Program-made: the position numbers and the translations under genes
The notes under the pieces: model-generated
What the model was told of the DNA's origin: nothing
What the model saw: the letters and a program-made list of their open reading frames with translations, nothing else
The model's database searches: none
Shown: positions 40,901 to 51,600 of the stretch, piece by piece
How positions within the stretch are numbered: position 1 is the stretch's first letter
How the letters are laid out: every line of letters begins with the position of its first letter
Assembly (NCBI GenBank): GCA_965222075.1
Contig: OZ244937.1
Span: 4,640,001 to 4,704,000, forward strand
Reading direction: 5' to 3'
Source: Candidatus Latescibacterota bacterium
GTDB taxonomy: Bacteria; Latescibacterota; UBA2968; GCA-2709665
DNA: 64,000 bases

Positions 40901-41742
40901 GTCGAAATTCCCGATTCCCCACCCTTTTCCCCCAGGGCTTCCATCCCACGCACCGCCTCTTCATAGCCCTGTCTTGCCTTCCAGTACTCCCCCTGGTGCA
41001 TCGCACGGTAGCCCCTCATCCACCAGTTCAACGCCTGGTGCATCAGCGGAAGCGCCACCTCCGAAGCCCGGTCTTCGAACAGCCCCGGCCCCTCTCCAGG
41101 CGCACCCGGTCCCCCCATTGCCCCGGCCGCTGGCGCCCGCCCCCCATCGGCGCCCACCCTTTGCGCCACACCGTCCACCAAGCACGAAATCGAACGCCCC
41201 GACCACCTGAGGGGGCCGGTCACCTGCCCGCTGATCAGCAGCGTGGCCCGCCCTGTTTCATCCACCGTCCACAGTCCTCCACCGTCCACAACGGCCAGCC
41301 GCCGGCCGTCGGGCGCAACCGCCATCTCAAGCGGGTTGAGGTCCTCAGGCAGCGGCCAGGAAGTCTCGCCTGAACCGTCCGCCGCCAGCCGCCAGATCCG
41401 GTTTTTAACCAGCGGAAGCTCACGACCCCCGCACAGATAAGATCCGAAAACCCCGTACAACAGGCCCCGCTCCAGATAGACCAGCCCCCGGTTGCCCGGC
41501 AAAAACCCGACGCCTCCCGGCCGGCCCGCATACAGCCCCACCCGCCGCGCCCCCGTCCCGTCCGCCTCCACCGTCCACACCGCCGTCATCAAAGCCTTCG
41601 CCTGACCGATCGGCACCGCCCGGGCCAGAACCCGCCCGTCCGCAGACCACACGGGGCCGGTCCTTCCGGGCGTCGGCGCAAACAGGCATAACAGCATCAG
41701 GACGCCCGCCCCAACCTGCAATTTGCATTTTATGGTGTGCAT
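37951..41742 (-). CDS. Large exported TPR + GWxTD-like domain protein
   Basis: Signal peptide after MHTIKC; TolB-like WSADG/VAPDG repeats; TPRs; FWNGRDPD..TPVNERLLEHYRRVWYA...PWDRRGDVYIRFGEPD. Confidence 0.8.
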   Translation of the reverse strand: MHTIKCKLQVGAGVLMLLCLFAPTPGRTGPVWSADGRVLARAVPIGQAKALMTAVWTVEADGTGARRVGLYAGRPGGVGFLPGNRGLVYLERGLLYGVFGSYLCGGRELPLVKNRIWRLAADGSGETSWPLPEDLNPLEMAVAPDGRRLAVVDGGGLWTVDETGRATLLISGQVTGPLRWSGRSISCLVDGVAQRVGADGGRAPAAGAMGGPGAPGEGPGLFEDRASEVALPLMHQALNWWMRGYRAMHQGEYWKARQGYEEAVRGMEALGEKGGESGISTGSCLGYAAVFRAFAEMDEAGFEETVCREHMLVLGDFFADYGRAHGGYFPPDLQGLRAWVEGKIGQEARDGKIRKRDLSVLDRLVRCPAASGPYVPEVGYFYRPGAGLSCYWHPGRALRLVSSRSGYRVEALDLGPEGVDSLYSEAHRRLESGDAAGAVFWMRAVAHQRLEDQDTHMQLGHAYLKAGKYAAAEWAFKRAASLEMGDAEPYYGLGLVHMELPNKRYRAISFFREALIRDRHYVDAQYQIARARYLMNEHDAKPEIERVLKMDPTYGDAYLLIGDWYAHFSQDFAQAVVWYTKYLALRPNDPEGQRKLGLAYLKVKDYDRILEQLQAFVQAYPDAVELMPIVAQACVKKGELGMAMGFFASYLSRLPAKIRALYEDISPIASPEELAEYAHTSGVEREAFSRRFWNGRDPDLTTPVNERLLEHYRRVWYASVAFSGGKQPWDRRGDVYIRFGEPDHRSSSRMMDVPRDLAVIRVKERLAANLYGTAAIGEMYTGPVFPVRNFSLQRDVLGFEADLGFEMSIEEELEGTDAVANLRQDRAVQGERQSGGPSRGEHYVAEGQDEVGGVQARAGRHVREDGSDEAVPAGSDENNRAVAAFGPDGRSARARGQLFQDDSSKLTDYRPVTATGEDHGGVPWESWVYLQVDGGIEISFTDEFGKGIYDYAPVPMSPEVSAAQMARFVRHAPERTFAVAASVSPDHYVPEYEVPPFDFYYSLADFRGRDGRSVLEVYYGIPRPPRRYAPGEDVTRVVKRQVALIPTTLDTVYRKTGEVAFQVSGGPKEWGTLVPDLVRMEVPPGVYRLEVKAQDRMDGRLGIYRQRVVVEGYGGDRLRVSDLELAWRVAEAKTEGRFGKAGLEVIPMPSRTYRAGQSVFVYYEVYNLEKDEFGQAKYRVAYTVGRKVGGIISRLVQTLTGRGRKEEVAVGGYKRAGLAASEAVYTELDLGEAKAGRHYLRVEVTDLNSGRTAAKETGFVVSE

Positions 41743-41786
41743 CTTACAATTTCTCCAAACCACCCACCGCTCCCGGCGTCGGCTCC

Positions 41787-42620
41787 CTACTTTTCTCCTT
41801 GAACCCAGGGGTGAAACGGGCCGCCGACCGCCGGTTTGAACCGGGTATTCGGCGCCTCCGGATGACATCCCGTTGCCCTGCATCCCATGCCCAGATTCAG
41901 ACGTCTGAGGGAGGTGAGATGCTTCAACGCCGAAATATCGCTGAACGGATTGTTCTCCAGATTCAGATCAATAAGCAATTCCAGGTCCATCAGGGGAGAC
42001 ACATCGCCGATCTGGTTGTTGGACAGATCCAGGTTGATGAGCGAGGTGAGCTTTGCAATCGGCGAGAGATCCCGGATCTGATTGCCCGAAAGATTGAGCA
42101 CTATCAGCACCGGACGCCCGAAGGCCCGGGCGAACCTCTCGAAATCGGAAAAATCCACCCTCCCGTTTCCGTTCAGATCGTATCGGGAATCTTCCGATCC
42201 GAACGCCTCTGCAAACAGCGAAAAATCCGGAAATCCAACCATCCCACTGCCGTCAAAATCCGCGTCCCTCGCCGCCTGCTGGGCCGCTGTAAGCCCCAAA
42301 AATGGCGACAGATCCTGAATCTGATTGTCGGCCAGATCCAGCTGGCTCAACGAGGTAAAATGTTCGATGCCAGTCAGGTCGACAACACTCCGATCGGCCG
42401 CGTCCAGCCACCGCAGCCCGGACACATCCGTCGGCCGGATCTCGCCCGTGGGCCTCGAAATCGCCTCGCGAACGGCTGTTTCTAAGTTCAGATCTCCGAA
42501 CACCACCTGCTGCCGTTCCCTCACCCCGTCTGCCTGAGCCAGAACCGGAACGAACACAGCCCACAGAAGGCCCAGAACCCGAACCGCATGCCGATTTAAT
42601 AATCCGTGCGGAATGCCCAT
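41787..42620 (-). CDS. Exported internalin-like LRR protein with EF-hand/dockerin-like insert
   Basis: Signal peptide; LDLADNQI.DLSP and LNLSGNQI repeats; DFDGSGMVGFPDF and DLNGNGRVDFSDF calcium-loop motifs. Confidence 0.75.
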   Translation of the reverse strand: MGIPHGLLNRHAVRVLGLLWAVFVPVLAQADGVRERQQVVFGDLNLETAVREAISRPTGEIRPTDVSGLRWLDAADRSVVDLTGIEHFTSLSQLDLADNQIQDLSPFLGLTAAQQAARDADFDGSGMVGFPDFSLFAEAFGSEDSRYDLNGNGRVDFSDFERFARAFGRPVLIVLNLSGNQIRDLSPIAKLTSLINLDLSNNQIGDVSPLMDLELLIDLNLENNPFSDISALKHLTSLRRLNLGMGCRATGCHPEAPNTRFKPAVGGPFHPWVQGEK

Positions 42621-42630
42621 ATCACCATCC

Positions 42631-45111
42631 TCACAAATCGTACCGGAACAGCGCCTCTTTCTGAACCGACTGGCCGGTGGTCAGATCCGTCACCGTCACC
42701 GTCAGCCGGTTGACCCCGCCCTTGGCCTCCTGCAGGTTCAACTCGAAATACTCCCGCAGATCCGTCTCGGACCGCGCCTGCTCGGTAGACACCGATACCT
42801 CCGGCTCCCGGTTCCTAAGAAAAATCTGCCCCACGCTGGCCAGGAACCGGCCGAACCCCTTGCCCTTCTCCGGCGTGGACTGAATCGTATACTTCAGCCG
42901 GAATTGGCTCTGCCCGAACGCGTCCCGATTCAGATTGTAGATCTCGTAGTACACAAAGGGATTCTGATCCCTTCGGTAGGCCTTGGTGGGCATCGGAATC
43001 ACCCAGAAGTCGCCCTTCCGGTAGCGGTCCGCTCCCCCCTCCGCAGACACCGACCAGCTCAGTACCAGGTCGCTCATCCGCAGGCTGTCAACCCCATAAT
43101 CCGCTACCTCCAGCCGCTCCTTGTAAATTCCGGACCTGCCCGTACGCAGATCCTTGGCCTGCACCCGCAGCTCGTACGTCCCCGGCCGGGCCTCCAGCAG
43201 CAGCTGGTAGGGAATAAATTCTCCCTTTCTCCCGGACAGATCCCCAGACGCGCGGTAGGCCGCCTCCTCATTCTCCTGCAACATTTCCCCGGACGCCGGA
43301 TCGAACAGCGCTGCGGCATATCCCGCCAGCATCCAGGCGCTGTCCCCCTGCGCTGTTTGAGACAGACTTCCGGGCGGCATCCCGTAATAAATCTCCAGGC
43401 GGGTCTTCCCATTGCGCCCCCGGAAATTCGCCCGGTCGTAGTAGAAATCCAGAAACTGCTCCCGCCCCCCGGGCAGGTAGTGCTCCGGCGCCTCCTGCAC
43501 GCTGCGCTTCATCGTCGCCTCGGGCGAATGCTTCACCAGGCGGGCCATCCGGCGCGCCTCATCCGGGTTCGCCAGGTTCGCGGCCGGAATCGGCGCATAG
43601 TCAAACCGCCCGCCCCCTCTCTCGTCTGTAAACACGATCTCGATGCCGCCGGCCACGCCCGTATAAACCCAGGATTCCCACCGGACAAAGGTCAGGTCCA
43701 TCCCGCTGTCCATCCGCAGGCGGTCTTCCGCGAATGGCATCTCGTAGGGTTTCGAGTACACCTGCGCCAGGTACTCTTCATCCGTGGGAGAAAGCTCCTC
43801 AAACTCCAGCATCGGATCGTCTGTGACGTCGATCGACGAGACTTCGCCCTCCGTGAGGCCCGAAACGCCCGGAGGCGCGTACGCCGGAGCATCGATCCCT
43901 GGATTCACCTGCTGCCGGACCGGGTAAACCGGCCCCCGGTGGACCTCTCCGGTCATATCCACGCCATAGATGTCAAACGCGAGCCGCTCCTTGATCTGCT
44001 CCACATCCATGCTCATTGGAGGGGCAACCTTGCCCGCCCGCGACCGGTAGTCGGGCGGCCCGTAGCGGATATAAACCTCCCCCCGCCGGTCCCACGGCTT
44101 TGCCCTTTCCGAAAAATTCGTCCGGGCATACCACACCCGGCGGTAGTGTTCAAGCCGGCGTTCGTTCTCGCGGGTCAACAAATCCGGGTCTCGCGCCGCC
44201 CAGAAGCGCGTCAGAAATTCCCGCCGGGCAGCGCCGTCTCCCTCCGTCTCCCGGTACACGCGCCGCTCCTCTTCCGAAGCGATCAGGCCGATATCCTGGT
44301 AATAGCGCTGCCATTCCTCCAGCGGCAGGTGGGAAAAAAACCGTCCGAAGTACTGCGCGGCCAGGTCCACAGCCCCCCGGTCCAGACACGCCTGCGCCGC
44401 AATTGGAAGCAGATCGACCGGCTCTTCTGAAACAAGCAGACTGTCCACCCTGTTCGCGTCCATCTCCTCCAGCGCCCCGGTCCGGATGTAGGCCGATGCC
44501 AGCGCCCGCAGCACCTCCCGGTCTGTTGTGGGGTCGATCTGTAACGAACGCACGTAGGCCCCCAGGGCCCGCTCGTAGTCCTCTAAAACGTCTAAATGCA
44601 TCCTCCCCAGCAGCCGGTAAGGCCCCTCGAAGTCCGGGTACAGAAGGGCCGCCCGCTCCGCGTGGTAGAGCGTCTGCCGGGTGTAAGCCCCCCGCTCCCA
44701 CACCCCGCCCCCGCTCCAGTAGGAAACCAGCGCCAGGCCGTAGTGCGCCGGGGGAAAGTCCTGCCGGTCTGCAAGTGCTTTCTGGAAAGCCGCCTTCGCA
44801 CCCTCTAAGTCGCCCTGCCGCAACCGGGCGAAGCCGGCAAGCACAACCCGCCCCGCCGCCTGCTCTTCCAGAACCTTGCCGTAGGCCCGCACCGCCCGCC
44901 TCACCTGCCGCTCCCTTTCCCGGGCCATAGCCGCCTCATCGGCCGCTTCACCGCCATCCACTCTCCCCCCGGTCTCCGCATACGATGCCCCCACAGCCAC
45001 CCACCCCGCACAGCCCAGGCAGAAAAGCAGCCTCATAATATCCGTCCGAACCATCTCGACACCACTCCTGTCTCTGGTAACCGATTCCAATAAAACAGGG
45101 AGGACGATCAA
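42631..45111 (-). CDS. TPR + GWxTD-like domain protein
   Basis: TPRs; FWAARDPDLLT.ENERRLEHYRRVWYA...PWDRRGEVYIRYGPPD; true start may be a downstream Met. Confidence 0.8.
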   Translation of the reverse strand: MIVLPVLLESVTRDRSGVEMVRTDIMRLLFCLGCAGWVAVGASYAETGGRVDGGEAADEAAMARERERQVRRAVRAYGKVLEEQAAGRVVLAGFARLRQGDLEGAKAAFQKALADRQDFPPAHYGLALVSYWSGGGVWERGAYTRQTLYHAERAALLYPDFEGPYRLLGRMHLDVLEDYERALGAYVRSLQIDPTTDREVLRALASAYIRTGALEEMDANRVDSLLVSEEPVDLLPIAAQACLDRGAVDLAAQYFGRFFSHLPLEEWQRYYQDIGLIASEEERRVYRETEGDGAARREFLTRFWAARDPDLLTRENERRLEHYRRVWYARTNFSERAKPWDRRGEVYIRYGPPDYRSRAGKVAPPMSMDVEQIKERLAFDIYGVDMTGEVHRGPVYPVRQQVNPGIDAPAYAPPGVSGLTEGEVSSIDVTDDPMLEFEELSPTDEEYLAQVYSKPYEMPFAEDRLRMDSGMDLTFVRWESWVYTGVAGGIEIVFTDERGGGRFDYAPIPAANLANPDEARRMARLVKHSPEATMKRSVQEAPEHYLPGGREQFLDFYYDRANFRGRNGKTRLEIYYGMPPGSLSQTAQGDSAWMLAGYAAALFDPASGEMLQENEEAAYRASGDLSGRKGEFIPYQLLLEARPGTYELRVQAKDLRTGRSGIYKERLEVADYGVDSLRMSDLVLSWSVSAEGGADRYRKGDFWVIPMPTKAYRRDQNPFVYYEIYNLNRDAFGQSQFRLKYTIQSTPEKGKGFGRFLASVGQIFLRNREPEVSVSTEQARSETDLREYFELNLQEAKGGVNRLTVTVTDLTTGQSVQKEALFRYDL

Positions 45112-45150
45112 CCGACCGCCCCCCCTGTACGCATTCTCAACGCCCCCGTA

Positions 45151-46197
45151 TCAGAACGTGCCGCCCAGCGACACCCGGAGGGGTGAATCGAAGACCCCCT
45201 TCTCTTGGTGGTGGTAGGAGAAATCCAGCGACACCGTCTTGCCCGGCATCACCTTGCGTCTCAGACCCCCCCCCAGGCTCCATTTCTCAAGCTCCATGTG
45301 CGACCGGTAACCGGCCCGCAGAGCGAGCGTATTTTGCAGCCAGACTTCCGCGCCAACCCGGGTCACGGCCCGGTAATCCGTGATAAACGAGTGCTCTACC
45401 GACAGGGTGGCATAACCGGGGTCTCCCTGCCTCCCGAACACCTCCATGGCCCCGGCAAGAGAATATACCGTGGGCATCGAAGAAATCGTGCCGCCCTCCG
45501 TCGTCTTCACATTTGGCCCTAAGTTCTGGAACGCCATCGCAATCCGGACGGTCTTGTACCCGGTGTAAAAGAAAGTACCCACGCTGTAGTCCACCGTGGC
45601 GACCTTCTCAAGGTAGAGGTCCTCCTGCACCCATCGGATCTGTCCGCCCAACATGAACTTATCCGTCATCTGCTTGGCAAACATCGCCCCAATGGCGATA
45701 TCGCCCACCTGTGCGAACGTGCCCGACCCCCACGGCGCCGTGGGCGTGGTCACCTCAAACTTCTCCGCAGCGAAGCTGATCACATTAAACCCGATCACCC
45801 CGAAGCCCGCGTTGAACGCCAGCGCCCCCGACAGGAACTGGGAATTGGCCAGCCAGCGGGTATAATTGATCGCATAGCCCACACGCTCGATGTGTGCAAG
45901 CCCGGCCGGGTTCCAGAACGACGCGGTGATATCGTCCGCAATCGCTGTGTACGCCCCCCCCAGGGCCTCGCCCCGCGCCCCCTGACCGACCCTCAAAGAA
46001 ACAAACTGCGCGAGCCCGACCCGGCTGTCAAAGTAGGCCGAGGCGTCCGTTGGACTCACATGAGGATCGAACAACGAGCCGTCGCGCACCCCCGCCCGCA
46101 CATCCGGCCCCCCCAGGCCCGGCTGCGCTCCCGCCGGAAGCGCGGCCAGGCAGACAGCGGCAAGGGCGATCCCCGGGATCGTCCATTTCCTTTTCAT
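45151..46197 (-). CDS. PorV/PorQ family outer-membrane protein
   Basis: Signal peptide; GARGEALGGAYTAIADD..ASFWNPAGLA; ALRAGY; C-terminal Phe. Confidence 0.8.
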   Translation of the reverse strand: MKRKWTIPGIALAAVCLAALPAGAQPGLGGPDVRAGVRDGSLFDPHVSPTDASAYFDSRVGLAQFVSLRVGQGARGEALGGAYTAIADDITASFWNPAGLAHIERVGYAINYTRWLANSQFLSGALAFNAGFGVIGFNVISFAAEKFEVTTPTAPWGSGTFAQVGDIAIGAMFAKQMTDKFMLGGQIRWVQEDLYLEKVATVDYSVGTFFYTGYKTVRIAMAFQNLGPNVKTTEGGTISSMPTVYSLAGAMEVFGRQGDPGYATLSVEHSFITDYRAVTRVGAEVWLQNTLALRAGYRSHMELEKWSLGGGLRRKVMPGKTVSLDFSYHHQEKGVFDSPLRVSLGGTF

Positions 46198-46209
46198 AAA
46201 TACCTCTCC

Positions 46210-48594
46210 TTATTTGATAACCACAAATGTGCCGGTCTTGATCTGTCCCAGACTCGCTTCCGAGAGCGAGTGCACAGCGTAGAAATAGATCCCCGCACTC
46301 ACCTCCACCGTCATGGCCGGGTAGGGCCGTCCGTTCCAGGAGATCTCACTTCGAGACGCATCCAGTTTCCGGAGCACCTGCATCAGCTGCCCCGCCGAAT
46401 TAAAGATGTAAACATATGCCTTGGAGGGCACGTTCAGGAACCGGAGCTTGATACTCCCCCCGTACTCGTTCGTGCCGTTGGCCATGTAGGGGTTGGGCAC
46501 CACCACGATATCCCGCTCCATCCGGTCCGCCGCATTCACAAAGGGCAGCACCGGCGATCCCTGCTCTTTCTGGAGAAAGAAAGAATATCCCCCTTCCAGA
46601 CCGGCCTCGAGACTCTTCTGTACCCGGGGCGGAAGGTCCGCAAACGTCTTCGTCCCATCGTTGTTCGTCCAGGTATCGTGCCCCTTCGCGTAGGCCCGAA
46701 CCGAGTACCAGTAGGAGAACCCCGCGTTCGAATTCGGATCGGACCAGGAATAAATGCCCGGCCTCGACGACTCGCGGCCCTCCATGTAATAATCGACCTG
46801 GCCGACCGAGCCGATGCCCGTCTCACTCAAAATATCGTTTGGCCAGGTCGCATTCGGGTTGAATGAAGCGCCGGGCGGAGGGCTGCCCCCCGGCACGTCC
46901 ACGGCCAGAGCTAACGGCCCCACGGCCGTTAGCGTACCCCGCACCCCCCGGTAGACCCGGTACCCGGCGATGTCCTTCTCCCCGTAATCGGGATGCTCCG
47001 CCCCGTCGCTCTGCGCGGACCACAACACCTTAACCTTGGCGTTCTCGTCACTTTGCACAACCAGGTCCACGTCCGGCGGCGCATCCGGCAGGTCGTAGCC
47101 GCTCTGGTAGGCGAACAGCGCGTGCTCCAGGTGCTCCACAATCGCCTGCTCGCCCTCTGCGTGGTCCGCCTTGGTGGCCGTCAGCGCCCACTGCCACGGG
47201 TCAATCGGAGACCCGCCCGGCCCTCCGTATTCCGCCCCTGTACCCGCCACGTACGCCACCACCAGTTTCGCCGTCTCTCCCGCCGGAATCGTATAAGGTC
47301 CGTAAACCTGCGCATTGGTAAACCCGCCCACCTCGGTCGGGTTGCTCTTGGCGGCCGTGTTGGTGAGCATCTCGAAAATCTCCGCAGGCGTGTTCCCCTC
47401 CGCAGTCGGCTCGTCGAAGTCCGTCACCCCGCGCCAGTTCCACCAGTTCACATAGGCCGGCTGCTCCCCAACAGGCTCCACGTATCCCATCGCCCGGTCC
47501 TTCTGGTTGAAAGAGTGAATGCCTGCATCGTTCGCATAAGCCACCGGCGCCATCCCCACAAACGCGGGAGAAGCTAAGAAGTTATTGGGTACGGCCATTA
47601 CCTTCAAACCCGAAATCTCAATATCCTTATTCCAGGGCTCTCCGGTATCGTCGTACCCGGTAAACGGGCTGTTCCCGTCAAACTGGTAGGAAAGCTTCAA
47701 CCCCTTTGCCCGGTCTGCGCCGATAAAAACCGGACCGCCCGGGTTGCCGTTCTGGTAATTGTCCGCGTCCGTGTACTTGAACCAGTCGTCCTGCGTATTC
47801 TGGTGCAATGTCCACCACCGGACGCCCTCCATCCGCTCGCCGAACTCGCTCACATTCCAGGTGGCCAGCAGGGGTACATACACCTCCTCTTTGGTCGCAT
47901 CCCCCGTGTTCTCTAAATACAGCTCTACAATAATGAAATCGTCGAAGTCCTGAAAACTCCAGGTATAGGCTTTCCGGGTAACCGTGATATTCTGGCCGGT
48001 GCGCCACTTGCTGACCACGACCTCCTCGGGAAACGCGTCATCGGGCGTGTAGTCCCCCACGCGCCAGTTCCAGATTTTCCGAGGCGTCGCCCGCTCCGTT
48101 TCTCCCGGCACGTTTGCCCCAGGCCAGTAATTGCTCGACTCCGCCCCGAACGCCCCGCGCTCCTGCGCCCAGATCGTGGTCACCCCCAGGTGGCCCTCCG
48201 GGCCCTGGGAAGGGTCATAGACCATATCCACGATATCGTCGCTTTTGCTGCGAGGGCCCGACCACGACAGGTTGAAAGCGCCCCCTTCCAGCGACAGGAG
48301 CCAGGTTCCGAACGCGACCGCGTTGCCCCCCTTCCGGGTGTAATTGGAATAAGCGTTGGTGCTGGGCAGCGCATTCCACCCGGGGTACATGAACATATCC
48401 GGCTCGTTCGTAACCGACCTGCCTGCGTTCCACCCCGCCATCGTACCCGAATTATACCAGGACAGGATGATCCATCCCCGACCGGACTGGATGCGGGGAG
48501 AATCATCGTGCTCGGTCTGCCCCCCCGCATCCTGTGCCAGGAAGGGGAGGATGCACAACGCAAGAAGACAAGGTACAAGCTTCATGCCTTTCAT
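46210..48594 (-). CDS. Large exported protein with T9SS C-terminal-domain-like tail
   Basis: Signal peptide; FN3-like GYRVYR/YWYSVRAY; tail VVPNPY...RFLNVP...IFNSAGQL...WNG...SAGIYFY...GTFVVIK. Confidence 0.75.
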   Translation of the reverse strand: MKGMKLVPCLLALCILPFLAQDAGGQTEHDDSPRIQSGRGWIILSWYNSGTMAGWNAGRSVTNEPDMFMYPGWNALPSTNAYSNYTRKGGNAVAFGTWLLSLEGGAFNLSWSGPRSKSDDIVDMVYDPSQGPEGHLGVTTIWAQERGAFGAESSNYWPGANVPGETERATPRKIWNWRVGDYTPDDAFPEEVVVSKWRTGQNITVTRKAYTWSFQDFDDFIIVELYLENTGDATKEEVYVPLLATWNVSEFGERMEGVRWWTLHQNTQDDWFKYTDADNYQNGNPGGPVFIGADRAKGLKLSYQFDGNSPFTGYDDTGEPWNKDIEISGLKVMAVPNNFLASPAFVGMAPVAYANDAGIHSFNQKDRAMGYVEPVGEQPAYVNWWNWRGVTDFDEPTAEGNTPAEIFEMLTNTAAKSNPTEVGGFTNAQVYGPYTIPAGETAKLVVAYVAGTGAEYGGPGGSPIDPWQWALTATKADHAEGEQAIVEHLEHALFAYQSGYDLPDAPPDVDLVVQSDENAKVKVLWSAQSDGAEHPDYGEKDIAGYRVYRGVRGTLTAVGPLALAVDVPGGSPPPGASFNPNATWPNDILSETGIGSVGQVDYYMEGRESSRPGIYSWSDPNSNAGFSYWYSVRAYAKGHDTWTNNDGTKTFADLPPRVQKSLEAGLEGGYSFFLQKEQGSPVLPFVNAADRMERDIVVVPNPYMANGTNEYGGSIKLRFLNVPSKAYVYIFNSAGQLMQVLRKLDASRSEISWNGRPYPAMTVEVSAGIYFYAVHSLSEASLGQIKTGTFVVIK

Positions 48595-48663
48595 AATTCC
48601 CTTCCTTATTTTTGAGAGAGGCGGGCAGCCCTGCCCGCCCCAATGCCTCCGTTCAGACGACCG

Positions 48664-51600
48664 CTAGAAGTTGACTTTAAACCCCACGCCAACCTCCCGG
48701 GGCCTGCCCGCGTAAAGCGTCAGCTCTCTGTAATTCCCATAAGTCTCGTAATTGACATCGTTCGGCCTGGGCAGGAGCAGCCCCCACCGGACGTAGTCGG
48801 GGTAGTTGCCCGGATTCACGCTGTCGCGCTGGTTGAACAGGTTGGTCACCTCCACGTAGAAAATCGCGTCCCGGCTGCCGCTGCTCACCAGCGTCTTCTC
48901 CGCCTGCAGGTCCGCCCAAGTGCGGAGCGGCTTGTGCCGCTTCTCCACCTGCTTGCCCGGCGGCGTGTAATTCACCGGCAGCCCGCTCTGGATGCGCCAG
49001 ACCAGGTTCGCCCGCAACCCGCCGATAACGTGGAACCCACGCAGCCCGGGCCCGAAGTCCTTCGGGCTGTCATAATAAAGCGACAGGCTCGCCTGCGTCC
49101 GGCGGTCCTGGCTCTTGGGATTGTTCAACCCCCTGGCGCCCCACGTTGCCCAGTGCGCCCCCCGGAACCCTTCCGGTGCGCCGAAGGCCTTCTGCAGGTC
49201 CAGGAAATCCAGCATCATAAACTCGTGGAAGTCCGTGATCCCCCTCGCACGGCTCCGCCACCACGAATTAATCGTGCTGCCCATCTTCTCCCGTTCCGCG
49301 GGCGTGAAATGCTTGGGCACGTACTGCGTCCCGTTCCACTCCCAGTCGTGGTACTGGTCGGAGGCCACATACGCCGAATCGGGATAGTTCAGGACCCCGT
49401 GCGGACCGAACTTCTGCCAGGACGCCCACCCGAAGTTGATCGCCGCATTGAAAGAGAACAGGTGACTGAATCCCTTCCGCACGTGGAGTTCTACACCCTT
49501 CATATCCTGCTGCGAGTTGGGCCGTACGCCCCACACCCACGTCGACCTGGCCTCGGGCGCGTAAAAGTAGAAGCTGGACCCCCTGTAGTGACCGATCTGG
49601 CTTTTGAAGTAGGCCGCAACGCCCACGATATAATCGGCCGTAAAGTTCCAGTCCGCCCCCGCTTCGTAGGCTCTCGTCCGCACGAACTTAACCCAGGGTC
49701 CCATCGCCCGGTTCTGAGCGCGCAGCCCGTTGAACGCGTCCCACGGCTCGTGCTCATCCGGACCGCTGGCCAGCCACCGCTCCTGGAACACTTCATCGAG
49801 ATTGAACATTCGGGTGTAAAGACCGGCCGTAAAGTGGAAAGCGGACCGGTCGGTAATCGGGTGTGAAATCCCAAACCTCGGGCTGATTACGCCCGTCCAC
49901 ACGGGATCGATCGTGGGCATGTCCTGCTTCTTGTTCAGCCAGCGGTACTGCGGCGTCTGCAGCAGGTTAAGGGTATAGAATCGGGTGTTGGAGTAGAACG
50001 CATCCAGCCGCACCCCGGCGTTGAGGACCATCCCCTCGAACTCCATCTTGTCCTGAACGTAAAATGCCATCTGGATCGGATGGATCGGCGCGTTGACGTT
50101 TGGCAAATTGCCCGGCTCGTTAACATAATAGACCTGCCGGCTGGACGCTGTAGGGGCTATATACCGGTAATAATACAGATCATACCGGATAAGCTCCAAC
50201 CCGGTCTTGACGAAGTGCCCCTTCGTCACCTGGCTGGACAGGTCCGCTTTCAGACTCAGCCGGGTACGTTCGGCCAGGGTAAAGTCTACGCCCGTGGCCG
50301 GCCTCACGTTGAACCACGCGTCTAAGTCCTTCTCCGCAAAGGTGGGGACCGGGAACCCGAACTGATCCCGCTTGTTCGTGATATTCATCGTGTCTTCCAC
50401 CGTTGAATAGCGCGCCAGCTTCACCTCGTAAAACATCTTCGGGCTAATGGTGTGGGTCAAAAGCCCGTAGGTAATATTGTCCGTAATTCTGGCCTCCCCC
50501 GCGCCCGACCCGTCGGGCAGGAACACGTTCCGGCCGTTCGACGACAGGTTCCGACTCACATTGGTGCCCCTATTGAACCCTTCGGCCACGGAGTAGACCT
50601 CACCCACAGAAATCTTCAGGTTCGGGGCGGGGCGAAAGGTCAGCTTCAAATTGCCCCGGATGTCGAAAGGCGTATGCAAATCCGCAGCGATCAGCTGGTT
50701 GGGCTGCTTCGTCCATCGGGCCGTGCCGAAAAAACTCGCCCGGTCTCCCACAGGACCGGACAGGCCCCCTTCGATATACGATCCCTTGGCGTCCGTGTAC
50801 TCCACCTCCCGGTGCGCTAGCCCGATCTGGTCGTCCGCCGTGCCCTCCACGCCGTCCTCACCCGGATCCAGGACGACCGTCTCGGCCCGCCACTCACTGT
50901 CGTCCCACTGCATCTTACCCCGGTGGAAGGCGCTGTGGTAGATATTTCCCCCCCAGTGCCGCTTGCCCGGAGGCGTGTACCGGAGATCCGCCCAGCCCCG
51001 GAAATTCTTGCCCCCGTCCTTGGTTACCACGCTAATCGCTCCGGACTCCAGGTTGCCGTACTCGGCGCTGGCGCCCCCGGAGATCACCGTGATCTCCTGA
51101 ATGGCCGTCTTGTTGACCCCCCGAAACTGCCGGCCGTACACGTCGTTATTCTGCAGACGGATCCCATCCACAAGGAACGCCTCTTCCCGGGAATCGCCGC
51201 CCCGAATGATGCCGGCGTTGGTCAGGTTCACTCCCGGTTGCAGCGTCACCAGGTCTTCCACGGATCGCGCCATCGGCAGCGCCCCGATTTGTTCTGCGGA
51301 CATCACATAGTGGCTCGTCGTCTTGTCCGGTTCCACAGGCGGCCGCTCCGCCGTCACCACCAACTCCTCAGCTTCGATAGCCGTCTCCTTCAGCTGGAAG
51401 TTCAACGTCGTCGTGAAATCCGCCTGGATCCGCACACCTGTCTTGGTCACCGCGTTGTACCCGATCAGCGACGCCATGAGGGTGTACATCCCCGGATCGA
51501 TCGACAGAATCAGATAATACCCTTCCCCATCGGTTACCGTCCCCCGCCGGGTGCCCTCGATCACCACGCTTACACCCGGCAGCGGGTCCCCGCTGGACGC

